Source: an uncultured Bacteroidia bacterium
Lineage (GTDB): Bacteria > Bacteroidota > Bacteroidia > Bacteroidales > Prolixibacteraceae
NCBI GenBank assembly: GCA_903850335.1
Contig: CAINLJ010000114.1
Coordinates: forward strand, 8,742-72,741
DNA: 64,000 nucleotides
Reading direction: 5' to 3'
This document shows, piece by piece, positions 27,500 through 38,841 of the stretch (within the stretch, counting starts at the first letter, position 1; the number at the start of each line of letters is the position of its first letter). Made by a program: the position numbers and the translations under genes. The notes beneath the pieces are model-generated. The model did no database searches. It had not been told where the DNA came from and saw nothing but the letters and a program-made list of their open reading frames with translations.

Positions 27500-28988
27500 T
27501 ATTAATACTCTTGGTTCAAAATTCAGCATTCCCTTATTTTGTATATTCAACTCAGGAATATTAGCAGAAATGTGATAGATATTGGTCCTGAATGCATCAC
27601 TTAAATTCAAACTGAACGTATTATTTTCGTTCCTCGATTTCATTTGAAGACCAGCAGAAACTGAACTTATGCAGCTGCTCTTGCATACCCCCCAAAGTTA
27701 AGGAGACTGATAAAATCCAGAGAGTTCACCAGAAAGCCTTTCCCCGATTTTAAAATTATTGATTATATTGATATTGAAATTCTTAAGGCTTAAATCTATT
27801 TTCTGACCATCGTAAAAAGTTTTAACATTTTGAACAATACCATTCATATTATTCTGAATATTCCACCATCCGGTAACATTTACAGGGAACGCAATCATGA
27901 AAGACGTTGTAGTCACCTTATCAAGATTCCTTGATAACATGTAAAGAATATTTTTCACAGTATCCTGCCTTGGCTGGAAACGGCGGATGGCGTTGTTTTC
28001 TACAGTATGCGTAAGAGAAAACAGTACCGTTTTATACCTGTAATCTGTTTTGAGAATATCACTAATGGATGGTTGAAGTTTTTCATTTCCGGCAAGGTAG
28101 GTATCAGGTGATTGAAAAACGATAAAAGGTTCCAGTTCATTGAAGGAAGGCCGGGTTATCCTGCGGCTGTATGAAAACTGAAGGGTACCGCTCTTTGTAA
28201 GATCATGAGATAAAAATAATGTAGGAAAGAGTTCTTCATAGTGCTGGTCAATAATGCCATGCTGTGTTTGTGTATTCAAAACCGTGTTAGTGTATTCATA
28301 ACGAAGTCCTGCAAACATGCTGGTTTTAGGATTAAATTTAAAGTTTACAGATGAATAAACGGCATTGATATCCTCATGTAATGAATATTTATTTGTTAGA
28401 TCCTCATTAAATTTCCAGACCCAGGCAATCTGTTTGGCAACACTGACATCATTTTCAAAAGCGGTATTGGTATGTTTGAGTCCGGCTTCAAATTTGGTAT
28501 CCTTTCCTAAGTTCCGGGAATAATCTAATTTCGAAACAAAAGTATTTATTGGATGGTGGTGTAGTGATAAGTTCGATCTTTTTGATGTTCTCTGAACTCA
28601 TGCTGCTTAACATTTCGATCGCAGAAGTCAGAGGCATCTGAGTTTCCTTCCCGTTAATCATCCGCACGACACCTTCCTTCCCACCAAGAGAAACCGTTTT
28701 ATTTTGACGATTTGCAATTACTCCCGGAGATCTCTCCAAAACATCAAGGGCCGTGCTTCCAGCAGAGGTAATACTTTTATCAACATTGACTACCAACCGG
28801 TCAATCTGTTGCTCATAAACAGGCTTTTTTGCAACAATATCAACATTCTCCAAAAGTTTAGAATCCTCTTCAGCTACAAGAGGAGTAACATGGATATGAT
28901 CTTTTGGGCTTAGAATTTCAAACGGTTGCGAATACAACATCCGTAATGCACATTTGTTGCGGTTCGTTCGTTCCAAAAGTACTACCAC
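27467..28988 (-). pseudogene. decayed TonB-dependent-receptor-like outer membrane beta-barrel (OMP_b-brl_3 type)
   Basis: The plug-like piece (EEDSKLLENVDIVAKKPVYEQQIDRLVVNVDKS...IKKIELITTPPS) shifts frame near 28540 into a barrel piece (KLDYSRNLGKDTKFEAGL...GLRYEYTNT...). An in-frame TAA sits at 27698-27700. The same frame then continues for 76 barrel-like codons (LWGVCKSS...SAGLQMKSRNENNTFSLNLSDAFRTN...). The N-terminal ~100 aa and ~200 internal aa are missing. Confidence 0.7.
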
Positions 28989-29007
28989 AATTTTATTTGA
29001 GTGTCAC

Positions 29008-29679
29008 CTATATCTCGGAAGGTAAGGAAAAGAGAGAGGTGAAATTTTTATAGATTTGATATTTAAGAAAATCCAGTGGAAGGTCAAGTGTTTTGGACAT
29101 TTGGTCATAGATGTCCTCAATGGGCGTTTTAGCTTCATCAGTCTCAAGAAAAAGTGAGGTTAACGGAATCATTCGGATCGCTTCAAGCAATCGTTGCGAA
29201 GGATTCAAAATCGATTTACCTACTGAAAAATAACATCCCAGACCGATCAGTTGTCTTGTAATTATGGCACCTTCAGAATATCCGTGTAAAACACACGGAA
29301 CCTTGGATCGCTTAAGAAAAGGCATAATCTCATTCCATGATCTTACTGAATGAATTATCAATGGAACCTGATGAGTTTCAGCGAAAGTGATTTGTAACTG
29401 AAAAATATTTTTCTGAATGTCAAAATCAACCTGACATACCTTATCCAAACCTGTCTCTCCAACGCCAATGAATTTATTGTTGGAAAGCAGACCGTCAAGC
29501 ATCTCAAGTATCTCTTTATCAGTAAAATTATCAGCGTGCCACGGATGGATAGCTGAAGTAAAGAACGATTTTATGGGATCTTTGAAATCCAATTCTTCAA
29601 GGTGAAAACTCTGAACTGATATGATATCATCAGATGTTCTTGAAATGTGGGTATGTATATCAATAAATGGTATAGTCAA
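29008..29679 (-). CDS. TatD-family metal-dependent hydrolase
   Basis: 223 aa with IDIHTHI, GETGLD, IIHSVR, LHGY and LETD motifs in the canonical order. Confidence 0.75.
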   Translation of the reverse strand: MTIPFIDIHTHISRTSDDIISVQSFHLEELDFKDPIKSFFTSAIHPWHADNFTDKEILEMLDGLLSNNKFIGVGETGLDKVCQVDFDIQKNIFQLQITFAETHQVPLIIHSVRSWNEIMPFLKRSKVPCVLHGYSEGAIITRQLIGLGCYFSVGKSILNPSQRLLEAIRMIPLTSLFLETDEAKTPIEDIYDQMSKTLDLPLDFLKYQIYKNFTSLFSLPSEI

Positions 29680-29755
29680 ATCTTTTTTGTATCATTTTTT
29701 CAAAAGTAATTGTATTTTTAGAAAAATAACTGATCAAAACCATGATGATTAACAG

Positions 29756-30418
29756 ATGACTGAAATAATTATTAGTGAAAACATTAAAAAAAGAATTCCC
29801 CATTTATCGCTGGGTTGCGTTGAATGTAGGGTTGATATTTTAGAAGAGAATCATGATTTGTGGCAGGAGATTGATGCAGTTAGCAGGGTTCTTTCTTTAT
29901 CGGCTGAACTTTCAGATGTAGGCAGCCATCCGGCAATCAGGGCGTCAAGGCAGGCGTATAAGGCTTGCGGAAAGGACCCTGCGAGATACCGCCTTTCTTC
30001 CGAGGCTTTGATGCGACGGATTGTCAAAGGGAATCAATTGTATAAAATCAATAATGTTGTCGATCTTGTCAACCTTGTCTCTTTGAAATCCGGGATGTCA
30101 ATAGGTGGTTATGATGCGGATAAGATCAGGGGGTTAGTGAGCTTTGACATTGGCCTTAAGGACGAGCCTTACGAAGCAATCGGAAGAGGAGAATTGAACA
30201 TTGAGAATCTTCCGGTATTCAGGGACAATTTGTCCGCTTTTGGTTCGCCAACAAGTGATTCCGTTCGCACCTGTGTTACCTCAGGTACAAGAAAATTCTT
30301 AATGATTATAGTTGGATTTTCAGGGTCTGTACAAACAAACCTGACATTAAATCTGGCTTTAAGTCTTTTAGAGAAATATGCCAATGCCGGAGAAATAGAA
30401 ACTATTTTAGTCAAATAA
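29756..30418 (+). CDS. B3/B4 (PheT-like tRNA-binding) domain protein
   Basis: 220 aa. HPAIRASRQAYKACGKDPARYRLSSEALMRRIVKG...INNVVDLVNLVSLK matches the stand-alone B3/4 family as recalled. Confidence 0.6.
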   Translation: MTEIIISENIKKRIPHLSLGCVECRVDILEENHDLWQEIDAVSRVLSLSAELSDVGSHPAIRASRQAYKACGKDPARYRLSSEALMRRIVKGNQLYKINNVVDLVNLVSLKSGMSIGGYDADKIRGLVSFDIGLKDEPYEAIGRGELNIENLPVFRDNLSAFGSPTSDSVRTCVTSGTRKFLMIIVGFSGSVQTNLTLNLALSLLEKYANAGEIETILVK

Positions 30419-30442
30419 TCAGGATGTTCCTCTCTAATGAAT

Positions 30443-30450
30443 TAATTTTG
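30443..30450 (+). promoter_or_regulatory. candidate -7 box (TAnnTTTG)
   Basis: TAATTTTG lies 20 nt upstream of ATG 30470. Confidence 0.35.
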
Positions 30451-30469
30451 CACAATAATTAATGTTTAA

Positions 30470-31033
30470 ATGATGAGATATTTTACAAAATTTCTATTGT
30501 GGCTAACAGGATGGAAAATAATAAGCGGGGTCGTACCTGTTCCCAAATGTGTGGTCCTTGGTGTTCCACATACGTCAATCTGGGACTTTGTTGTTTCATG
30601 GATGTTCTATAAATCCATTGGCGGAAAGCCGAATATCGTTGTAAATAAAAAATTCTTCTTCTGGCCAGCTTGTTATCTGATGAACTACATGGGTGCCATT
30701 CCGGTGGATACTGCAAGAGGAGCAAGTCTTGTAAAGCAGATCATGTCAGAATTTAAAAAAAGGGAAATCCTCCATTTGGCCATTGCTCCGGAGGGAACAC
30801 GTGAGCCAACAACAAAATGGAAAGGCGGTTTTCATACAATTGCCCGCGCGGCCAATGTCCCGGTGTTCTGCGCTGTCTTCGACTGGGGTCGCAAGGAAAT
30901 AGGCATATTGGACCAAATAGAACTTACGGATGATTTAAATGCTGATATGCACCGAATCAAACAATGGTATAAAGACCGGGGAGTAAAGGGGAAATACCCT
31001 GAAAAGTTTATCCTGGGTGAAGGGTTAGATTAA
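30470..31033 (+). CDS. lysophospholipid (PlsC-family) acyltransferase
   Basis: 187 aa with an N-terminal TM, an HxxxxD box (HTSIWD) and a downstream APEGTR motif. Confidence 0.6.
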   Translation: MMRYFTKFLLWLTGWKIISGVVPVPKCVVLGVPHTSIWDFVVSWMFYKSIGGKPNIVVNKKFFFWPACYLMNYMGAIPVDTARGASLVKQIMSEFKKREILHLAIAPEGTREPTTKWKGGFHTIARAANVPVFCAVFDWGRKEIGILDQIELTDDLNADMHRIKQWYKDRGVKGKYPEKFILGEGLD

Positions 31034-31041
31034 ATATTCTG

Positions 31042-31827
31042 ATGAAAACTAAAGATACATTGCGTATTACACTCGCTCAAATAGATCTTGAATGGGAAAA
31101 TCCATCTCAAAATCTTACAAATGTGGAAAGTTTAATCCGGCCATTAAAAGGACTGACGGATCTCGTTATTCTCCCCGAAACCTTTAACACCGGATTTACA
31201 ATGCGGGTGACGGATTTAGCTGAACCTATGGATGGCACAACAATCCAATGGATGAGCCGGTTGACAAGAGAATTAAATCTTGCTTTGTGTGGAAGTATTC
31301 TTGTAACCGAGGAAGAAAAATACTTCAACCGCTTCCTTTTTGTCACTCCCGATGGTGTGGTTAGATTCTACAATAAACGTCATTTGTTTTCCATTGGACA
31401 GGAATCAGAATTATTAACACCAGGCGATCAACGGGAACTTATAAATTATTTAGGTTGGGGAATAGCACCTTTTATTTGTTACGACATTAGGTTTCCCGTT
31501 TGGTGCAGGAATCGTGCTGGTGCCGATCTTATGATATTTTCGGCAAACTGGCCTGAATCACGCGTGGATGTATGGAATACACTATTAAAGGCAAGAGCTA
31601 TTGAAAACCAGGTTTACGTGGCGGGTGTTAACAGGACCGGAACAGATGGGAATGGATTAACGTATTCCGGAAACAGTCAAATTATTAATGCAAGAGGCGA
31701 AATAACAGGTATTAATAATTTATCAAATAACGACTTAATAACATATAATATTTCCAAACAAGAGTTGGCAGATTTCAGGATTAAATTTCCTGTATCCGAC
31801 GATGCAGATAGTTTTGTTATATCCTGA
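31042..31827 (+). CDS. carbon-nitrogen hydrolase (omega-amidase YafV-like, nitrilase superfamily)
   Basis: 261 aa. The Glu-Lys-Cys triad contexts are LPETFNTGF, YNKRHLF and FICYDIRFP. Confidence 0.75.
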   Translation: MKTKDTLRITLAQIDLEWENPSQNLTNVESLIRPLKGLTDLVILPETFNTGFTMRVTDLAEPMDGTTIQWMSRLTRELNLALCGSILVTEEEKYFNRFLFVTPDGVVRFYNKRHLFSIGQESELLTPGDQRELINYLGWGIAPFICYDIRFPVWCRNRAGADLMIFSANWPESRVDVWNTLLKARAIENQVYVAGVNRTGTDGNGLTYSGNSQIINARGEITGINNLSNNDLITYNISKQELADFRIKFPVSDDADSFVIS

Positions 31828-31828
31828 T

Positions 31829-32043
31829 TTAAAATTCAAATGAGTTCCAACGGACAATTTGTTCTATGGATTTGCGTTGCTTGACAGGTGTTCCAGTGTT
31901 CACGGGATAACCTAAAGCTATTAATGCAACAGGATCCATATGATCCGGAAGTTCAAAAATGTCCCGGAATTTAGATTCGTCGAAATTGCATATCCAACAA
32001 CCACTCTCGCGGATAAAGTGAATGTATTTGCCCCAGTAATGGC
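31829..32043 (-). pseudogene. nitroreductase-family C-terminal remnant
   Basis: My minus-strand translation gives SQTGHYWGKYIHFIRESGCWICNFDESKFRDIFELPDHMDPVALIALGYPVNTGTPVKQRKSIEQIVRWNSFEF*. It has no start codon and is bounded upstream by a stop. It matches only the last ~70 aa of nitroreductases. Confidence 0.55.
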
Positions 32044-32158
32044 CGGTCTGTGATTACAACAAATAGATAAACTGAAGGTTCCAAATCTTTCCAAATTATT
32101 TTATGGTTAATAATATAGTACCCTGATTATCAGAATAGGTGTATTGGAAAGAATTGGC

Positions 32159-32166
32159 TAGCTTTG
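32159..32166 (+). promoter_or_regulatory. candidate -7 box (TAnnTTTG)
   Basis: TAGCTTTG lies 52 nt upstream of ATG 32218. Confidence 0.35.
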
Positions 32167-32196
32167 CACTTAAAATGAAGGCATATTTAATTATAA

Positions 32197-33831
<1,635 letters not shown>

Positions 33832-33869
33832 TAATTCATAATTTATTTCTACGCATGCAAAATTTCCAT

Positions 33870-33877
33870 TAGTTTTG
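33870..33877 (+). promoter_or_regulatory. candidate -7 box (TAnnTTTG)
   Basis: TAGTTTTG lies 30 nt upstream of ATG 33907. Confidence 0.35.
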
Positions 33878-33906
33878 GTCAAAATTTAATTTAAAATATT
33901 CAGAAC

Positions 33907-34788
33907 ATGAAAAAGTTTATTTATGTATTATTAATTCCGGTCATAATTCTCGCATCCGGATGTGGTCACCGTAAAGAACAAATCGCTCGTCTTCAGATGC
34001 AAAATGATAGCTTAAGAGCTGTTGGAACTGACAAAGATGCAAATATTGCTGATTTTGTTACAACATTTAATGAAGTTGAAGCTAATCTTGATTCTATTAA
34101 AAGGATTGAACAGGTTATCGATAAGAGCGCTAAGTCGGGTGAAGTAAAAGGCTCACGCAAAGATCAGATTAAGAGCGATATAGCTTATATATATAATTTA
34201 CTTCAGAAAAATCGTAAATTGGTTGCCGAACTCACTTCAAAATTAAGCAAGTCAAATAAACATGCTGCTGAGCTTCAGAAAATGATTGATAACCTCAATA
34301 AATCAATCGATGAGAAGAATACCCAGATCGCTCAGCTTACTGACGAATTAGGTAAACTAAACATACAGGTGAAAGACCTTAATGTAAAAGTATCTGATTT
34401 AAATACGAATGTGAACAATCTGACAACAGACAATCAGAAAAAACAAGCCGAAATTGATGCGAAGACTGAGGCACTAAATACAGCCTATTATGTTATAGGA
34501 ACTAACCGCGAACTTAAGGATAAGAAGATTATCGGCGGAACTGGCGGATTCATCGGAATTGGTCGCACAAAAAATATTATGGCTGATCTGAATATGAATG
34601 ACTTCACAAAAGTGGATATCACTAAAATAAGTGAGATACCTGTGATGAAGAAGAAGGCTACAATTATTACAAAACATCCAAATGGTTCTTACCGTATTGA
34701 TGGTAATAAGTCAGTCGACAAGATCGTTATTTTAAATGCAAAAGACTTCTGGAGCCTTTCAAAAGTGCTTGTTGTAGTTGCAAAATAA
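33907..34788 (+). CDS. coiled-coil lipoprotein of unknown function
   Basis: 293 aa with lipobox ILASGCG. A ~170-aa heptad-rich coiled coil (LQKMIDNLNKSIDEKNTQIAQLTDELGKLNIQVKDLNVKVSDLN) precedes a globular C-terminal domain (YYVIGTNRELKDKKII...). Confidence 0.6.
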   Translation: MKKFIYVLLIPVIILASGCGHRKEQIARLQMQNDSLRAVGTDKDANIADFVTTFNEVEANLDSIKRIEQVIDKSAKSGEVKGSRKDQIKSDIAYIYNLLQKNRKLVAELTSKLSKSNKHAAELQKMIDNLNKSIDEKNTQIAQLTDELGKLNIQVKDLNVKVSDLNTNVNNLTTDNQKKQAEIDAKTEALNTAYYVIGTNRELKDKKIIGGTGGFIGIGRTKNIMADLNMNDFTKVDITKISEIPVMKKKATIITKHPNGSYRIDGNKSVDKIVILNAKDFWSLSKVLVVVAK

Positions 34789-34810
34789 TTGTAATATCTA
34801 AAAAAGTAAA

Positions 34811-34841
34811 GCCGGTCTCTTCGGAGAACCGGCTTTTTTTT
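34811..34841 (+). terminator. rho-independent terminator
   Basis: GCCGGTCTC pairs with GAGAACCGGC (9 bp with one bulged A, loop TTCG). A T8 run follows at 34834-34841, 23 nt after the stop of the lipoprotein gene. Confidence 0.7.
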
Positions 34842-34879
34842 GTTTATATCTAATCTTACTTCGAAGAATTCGTTATATT

Positions 34880-36514
34880 TTAATTGGTCAGCGTCTTGAA
34901 CTCTGCTTTGCTGTAGGTTATTTTTTCTGCTTCATAACGCTTTATTTGCACAAGTAAACGTTTCCGGAACCATTTATAATTCAAATTTGCTTTTGGTGTC
35001 CATGCTACTTCAGCTAAAGCAGCTGCACGTGGAAAGGTCATATAATCAACATATACAGGGGTTTTCATATATGGCGTCCAAATATTACCCTGAATACCCA
35101 TAATATATCTGGACTCCTTGTTATTCAAAGATTTAGGTATTGGATCAAAATTGTAAATCTGTTCAAGTGTAACAAGACCGCCAACTGCAAGAGGTTCAGT
35201 TGAAGGATTCCCCTGATATTGATCGAAATTATAGTACTTTCCGTTTGATACAACAGTAAGATTTTTTTTTCGTACTGAAGTAATAGTATAATCTTCACCA
35301 TGCCAGGCAACTATGACCCCACCTGTTCTGCTTGTATCCTTGAGGAGTTCATCCCAGCCAACAACTTCTTTACCAAGTGAATGAATCATTTTAGTCACTC
35401 TTCCGACAAAATAGTTATGAAGTGCCTGTGTAGAGACAATACTGTCCTCTTTCATTCGGGTCTCACAATCAGGACACCTGTCCCATCGCGTGACAGGGCA
35501 ATCCGCACCTCCAATATGGAAATATTTACCAGGAAACAGCCCGGCCATTTCACTAAACACATCATTAAGAAAAATAAACGTGTTCTCTTTACCCGGACAA
35601 TAAACATCACTATACATCCCCCATCGTCCACCCACCTGATACGGAACTCCGTTGCAACCAAGCTCTGGGTAAGCAGCAAGTGCCGAAAGAGCATGACCCG
35701 GTATTCCAATCTCAGGAACAATTGTAATATACCGATCCGAAGCATATTCTACAATCTCCCGAATATCATTTTGAGAATAATATCCTGCTGCTGAGACAGT
35801 GTCTATTCCATAGCCATTGGCAAGATGACCTCTAAGAGTATTGGTCCGTACTGAACCAACCTCAGTAAGCCGCGGATATTTCTTAATCTCTATTCGCCAT
35901 CCCTGATCATCAGCTAAATGCCATTGAAAAGTATTAAATTTATGCATTGCCATCTCATCCAGGAACTTTAGTATATACTCCTTGGGCATAAAATGGCGGC
36001 TTACATCAAGCATTAATCCGCGCCAGGCAAATCGCGGGGCATCTTTTATGTCTACTGCCGGAAGAATGATCTCACCAACTTGTTTTGGTGATGGAGGCAT
36101 TAGCTGGAACAAGGTTTGAACACCATAAAACAGACCATTTGCAGCAGCTGCCTCAATTAAGACACCATCAGGTAAAACTGAAAGATGATAATCCTCTTTC
36201 CCCAGATTTAATGTAGGATCCAATTTAAGAAATACAGACTGCTTTACACCAAATTCGTACGCCGTAATACCTAAATTCGCTATTCCAAAATACCGTTCCA
36301 GGTGGCTTGTCAAAAATCCGGCTATGTGTCGTAATTGTTCATTTTCATTGCTGATACCTATTTTTGTAGCTGAATTGATCACAAATACACCATCCTTATC
36401 AGTCCCCTCTGCAGGTTGCGGAATGATTCGTATTACTGGTCTGGGCAGAGGTTCTTTACAAGATCCAAGAAATAGAATCAGACAAACTGGAAACAATATT
36501 CGAAGCAAGTTCAT
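34880..36514 (-). CDS. beta-N-acetylhexosaminidase (GH20)
   Basis: 544 aa with a lipoprotein-type signal (LFLGSC). The GH20 core includes RGLMLDVSRHF, FQWHLADDQGWRIEIKKYPRLTE and a later HIGGAD-type region. Confidence 0.85.
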   Translation of the reverse strand: MNLLRILFPVCLILFLGSCKEPLPRPVIRIIPQPAEGTDKDGVFVINSATKIGISNENEQLRHIAGFLTSHLERYFGIANLGITAYEFGVKQSVFLKLDPTLNLGKEDYHLSVLPDGVLIEAAAANGLFYGVQTLFQLMPPSPKQVGEIILPAVDIKDAPRFAWRGLMLDVSRHFMPKEYILKFLDEMAMHKFNTFQWHLADDQGWRIEIKKYPRLTEVGSVRTNTLRGHLANGYGIDTVSAAGYYSQNDIREIVEYASDRYITIVPEIGIPGHALSALAAYPELGCNGVPYQVGGRWGMYSDVYCPGKENTFIFLNDVFSEMAGLFPGKYFHIGGADCPVTRWDRCPDCETRMKEDSIVSTQALHNYFVGRVTKMIHSLGKEVVGWDELLKDTSRTGGVIVAWHGEDYTITSVRKKNLTVVSNGKYYNFDQYQGNPSTEPLAVGGLVTLEQIYNFDPIPKSLNNKESRYIMGIQGNIWTPYMKTPVYVDYMTFPRAAALAEVAWTPKANLNYKWFRKRLLVQIKRYEAEKITYSKAEFKTLTN

Positions 36515-36556
36515 TTATCGGGTAATTTATATTTCCAAAAGCTCAAAAGTATAAAA

Positions 36557-37909
36557 TTAATTATTCTTCGACCGGATTCCTCTAAGAAGAATAAAACCAT
36601 TTAAAACGAATCCAATGATTATTAAGGTATTGCCAAATACTGCATTCATGTTTAAGGAAATAATTTTCCCTGCCAGTGCTACACTGCCCCCGGTTATCAT
36701 TGCCGCAGAACTCCACCTTTTACTGGCAGTAAAACCCAAAAGTCCGGCTATTGTGGGAATAATAAAGCTACCGGAAAAGATAGTCAGAGCAAGAAGCAGT
36801 GACTGGATAATAGAATGAACACTCAATGATAATAGAATACTGAGTAGTCCCGTAACAAGCATAACGATCTTGGTATTTCGTAATGAGCTACTTTTCTCAA
36901 GCCCTTTTGATATCGTGTCACTGACAATTGTGGAGGTAGTCATCAATGTTGTCGATCCTGTTGACATAACAGCAGATAACAGAGCGGCCACAAGTAAACC
37001 AATTCCCCAATCAGGTAGCTTATTCATCATTACCGGAATTAATGCCGATCCGTTATGATTTAAAACTTCCGGGAATTTAAAGGTGGCAAAGACCCCTAAG
37101 AAAGTTATGCACAATGAAAATGGTATTAATATAATGGCACTAATCAGAACACTTCTTCTTGCAACAATTTCATTTTCAGCACAAAATATCCGGGAATATA
37201 TATCCGGACCAACAACAAATGTCGAAGAGTAAGTCAGAATAAGAACTACAAGATCAAAAGGATGAAAACCATTATTAAAAGGAAATTTCAAGGCAGTCAT
37301 TTTTACCGGTGACACGGGCTCGGTGAAGTAAACGTACACGGCAGTTAACACGATCCCCCCAATAATAATAAATGCCTGGTAAAGATCAGTTTTAAGTACC
37401 GATATCTGCCCTCCGATAACCGTATAAAAAATAAAAACGGAACCCGCACCCCATACTCCGATAGAATAATCAAGGCCAGTAAAACCAGCCAATATTTTGG
37501 CAGCTCCGATGATCTGTGCGGCTATAATTCCAATCCAGGCAACAGAAATTATAAAGGAGGAAATCATTTTTGCCTCTGAGCCATAGTAATCGCCAATCAT
37601 TTGTGGGAGTGTATAACTACCCTGACGTCTTACAAGCATAGATACCGGAACCAACAAAAAAAGCCCAAATGAGGCACATAACAAAAGCCAGGATGCTGCC
37701 CAACCCTGTGTTAAAGTAAGATCAGCAGTGCCGAGGATAGCAGAACTTCCGAGTATGGTTGCAAGTAAAGACCCTGTTATCTGCCATATATTTCCTCGCT
37801 TTCCAGCGACATAGTAATCACTTCCTGTCTTTATCCTGCGGGATGAGATAATGCCTGTAAGGATCATTGAAAATACATACAGTATGATTATGAAGTATTT
37901 AAGCATCAC
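36557..37909 (-). CDS. sodium:solute symporter (SSS) family transporter
   Basis: 450 aa with ~13 TM segments. The N-terminal DYYVAGKR...TGSLLAT motif is typical of SSS family members. Confidence 0.75.
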   Translation of the reverse strand: MMLKYFIIILYVFSMILTGIISSRRIKTGSDYYVAGKRGNIWQITGSLLATILGSSAILGTADLTLTQGWAASWLLLCASFGLFLLVPVSMLVRRQGSYTLPQMIGDYYGSEAKMISSFIISVAWIGIIAAQIIGAAKILAGFTGLDYSIGVWGAGSVFIFYTVIGGQISVLKTDLYQAFIIIGGIVLTAVYVYFTEPVSPVKMTALKFPFNNGFHPFDLVVLILTYSSTFVVGPDIYSRIFCAENEIVARRSVLISAIILIPFSLCITFLGVFATFKFPEVLNHNGSALIPVMMNKLPDWGIGLLVAALLSAVMSTGSTTLMTTSTIVSDTISKGLEKSSSLRNTKIVMLVTGLLSILLSLSVHSIIQSLLLALTIFSGSFIIPTIAGLLGFTASKRWSSAAMITGGSVALAGKIISLNMNAVFGNTLIIIGFVLNGFILLRGIRSKNN

Positions 37910-37936
37910 TTATCCCGGATTAATAAAAAAGTGATA

Positions 37937-38827
37937 TCATCTTTTGGGATCATGATGAGCTGAGACATGTTCACGACGGAAAGGTGGTAGAAACACCCAA
38001 TAAATTCCTCCTAATGAAATAATTGCTGAGAGCAGAAAAAACATTACACTCAAGGCTATACATAATTCATTATCAAGACTCATCATCTTTGCACCTACAA
38101 GGAAAACCATTTCCCTTGCACCGATTCCACCAATAGTTATAGGCAATGCTGTAGCTATCGCAGAAACAAAAAAGAGAAACAGGTAGTCAAAAAGATCCTG
38201 ACTTTGGTGGAAAGCTGAGAGAATCATAATGGCAGAAATAAATTGCATCCCTTGTAAAGCCATTGACCACCAGAATAATCCGGCATGAATACGAAAAAAA
38301 CTTTTAAAAAAATATTTCAGTACAAGAAGATAAAATCCATATATAAAGGGAATTACAATCCATACATGTCTGGCATATTCAAGATGCAAACCTGACAAAT
38401 AGTACAAAAGGACTGTTATCATTCCTATTGCTACAAGGCCGGCAATACGGTTTACAAGCATAGTCCCAATATTCTTTTTAAGGCCGTTCTTTCGGTATTT
38501 ATTTACAAGATATACCTTATAGCCATCACCACCTATACCCCCAGGAAGGAATAAATTATAAAACATACCCAGCCAGAACAATTTAATGTTCAAGGATTGT
38601 GATATGTGTGCCCCAGTGTTGCGAAAAGAAAGATTCTGACGAAATGCTGAGAAAATAAATGAAATAACTAAAAGTATGAAAGCAATCAAAAGGTAATAAT
38701 AATTGGCTGTTGAAAATACACCCAAAACTTCTTTGATCGATATTTTTGATATAACCCACCAGATTGCACCTACTGAAACAGCAAATTTTAACAGGTTTAT
38801 AAAAGCCTTTTTAAGTTTTATTTTCAC
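37937..38827 (-). CDS. UPF0104 / lysylphosphatidylglycerol-synthase-TM-like (flippase-like) membrane protein
   Basis: 296 aa with ~8 TM segments. The N-terminal KFAVSVGAIWWVISKISIKEV and the GGIGGDGYKV and GGIGAREM motifs resemble UPF0104. Confidence 0.5.
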   Translation of the reverse strand: MKIKLKKAFINLLKFAVSVGAIWWVISKISIKEVLGVFSTANYYYLLIAFILLVISFIFSAFRQNLSFRNTGAHISQSLNIKLFWLGMFYNLFLPGGIGGDGYKVYLVNKYRKNGLKKNIGTMLVNRIAGLVAIGMITVLLYYLSGLHLEYARHVWIVIPFIYGFYLLVLKYFFKSFFRIHAGLFWWSMALQGMQFISAIMILSAFHQSQDLFDYLFLFFVSAIATALPITIGGIGAREMVFLVGAKMMSLDNELCIALSVMFFLLSAIISLGGIYWVFLPPFRREHVSAHHDPKR

Positions 38828-38841
38828 TTTAAATTATTCTT

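Noticed and set aside
27698-27700. Stop-codon reassignment as an explanation for the in-frame TAA here and the in-frame TAG at 50881-50883
   Set aside because: TAA and TAG terminate many clearly complete genes in this same window. Examples are rhaB, recG and the ABC-F gene with TAA, and the SurA-like gene with TAG. Both affected loci sit among other decayed genes. Nonsense mutation or sequencing error is more parsimonious.
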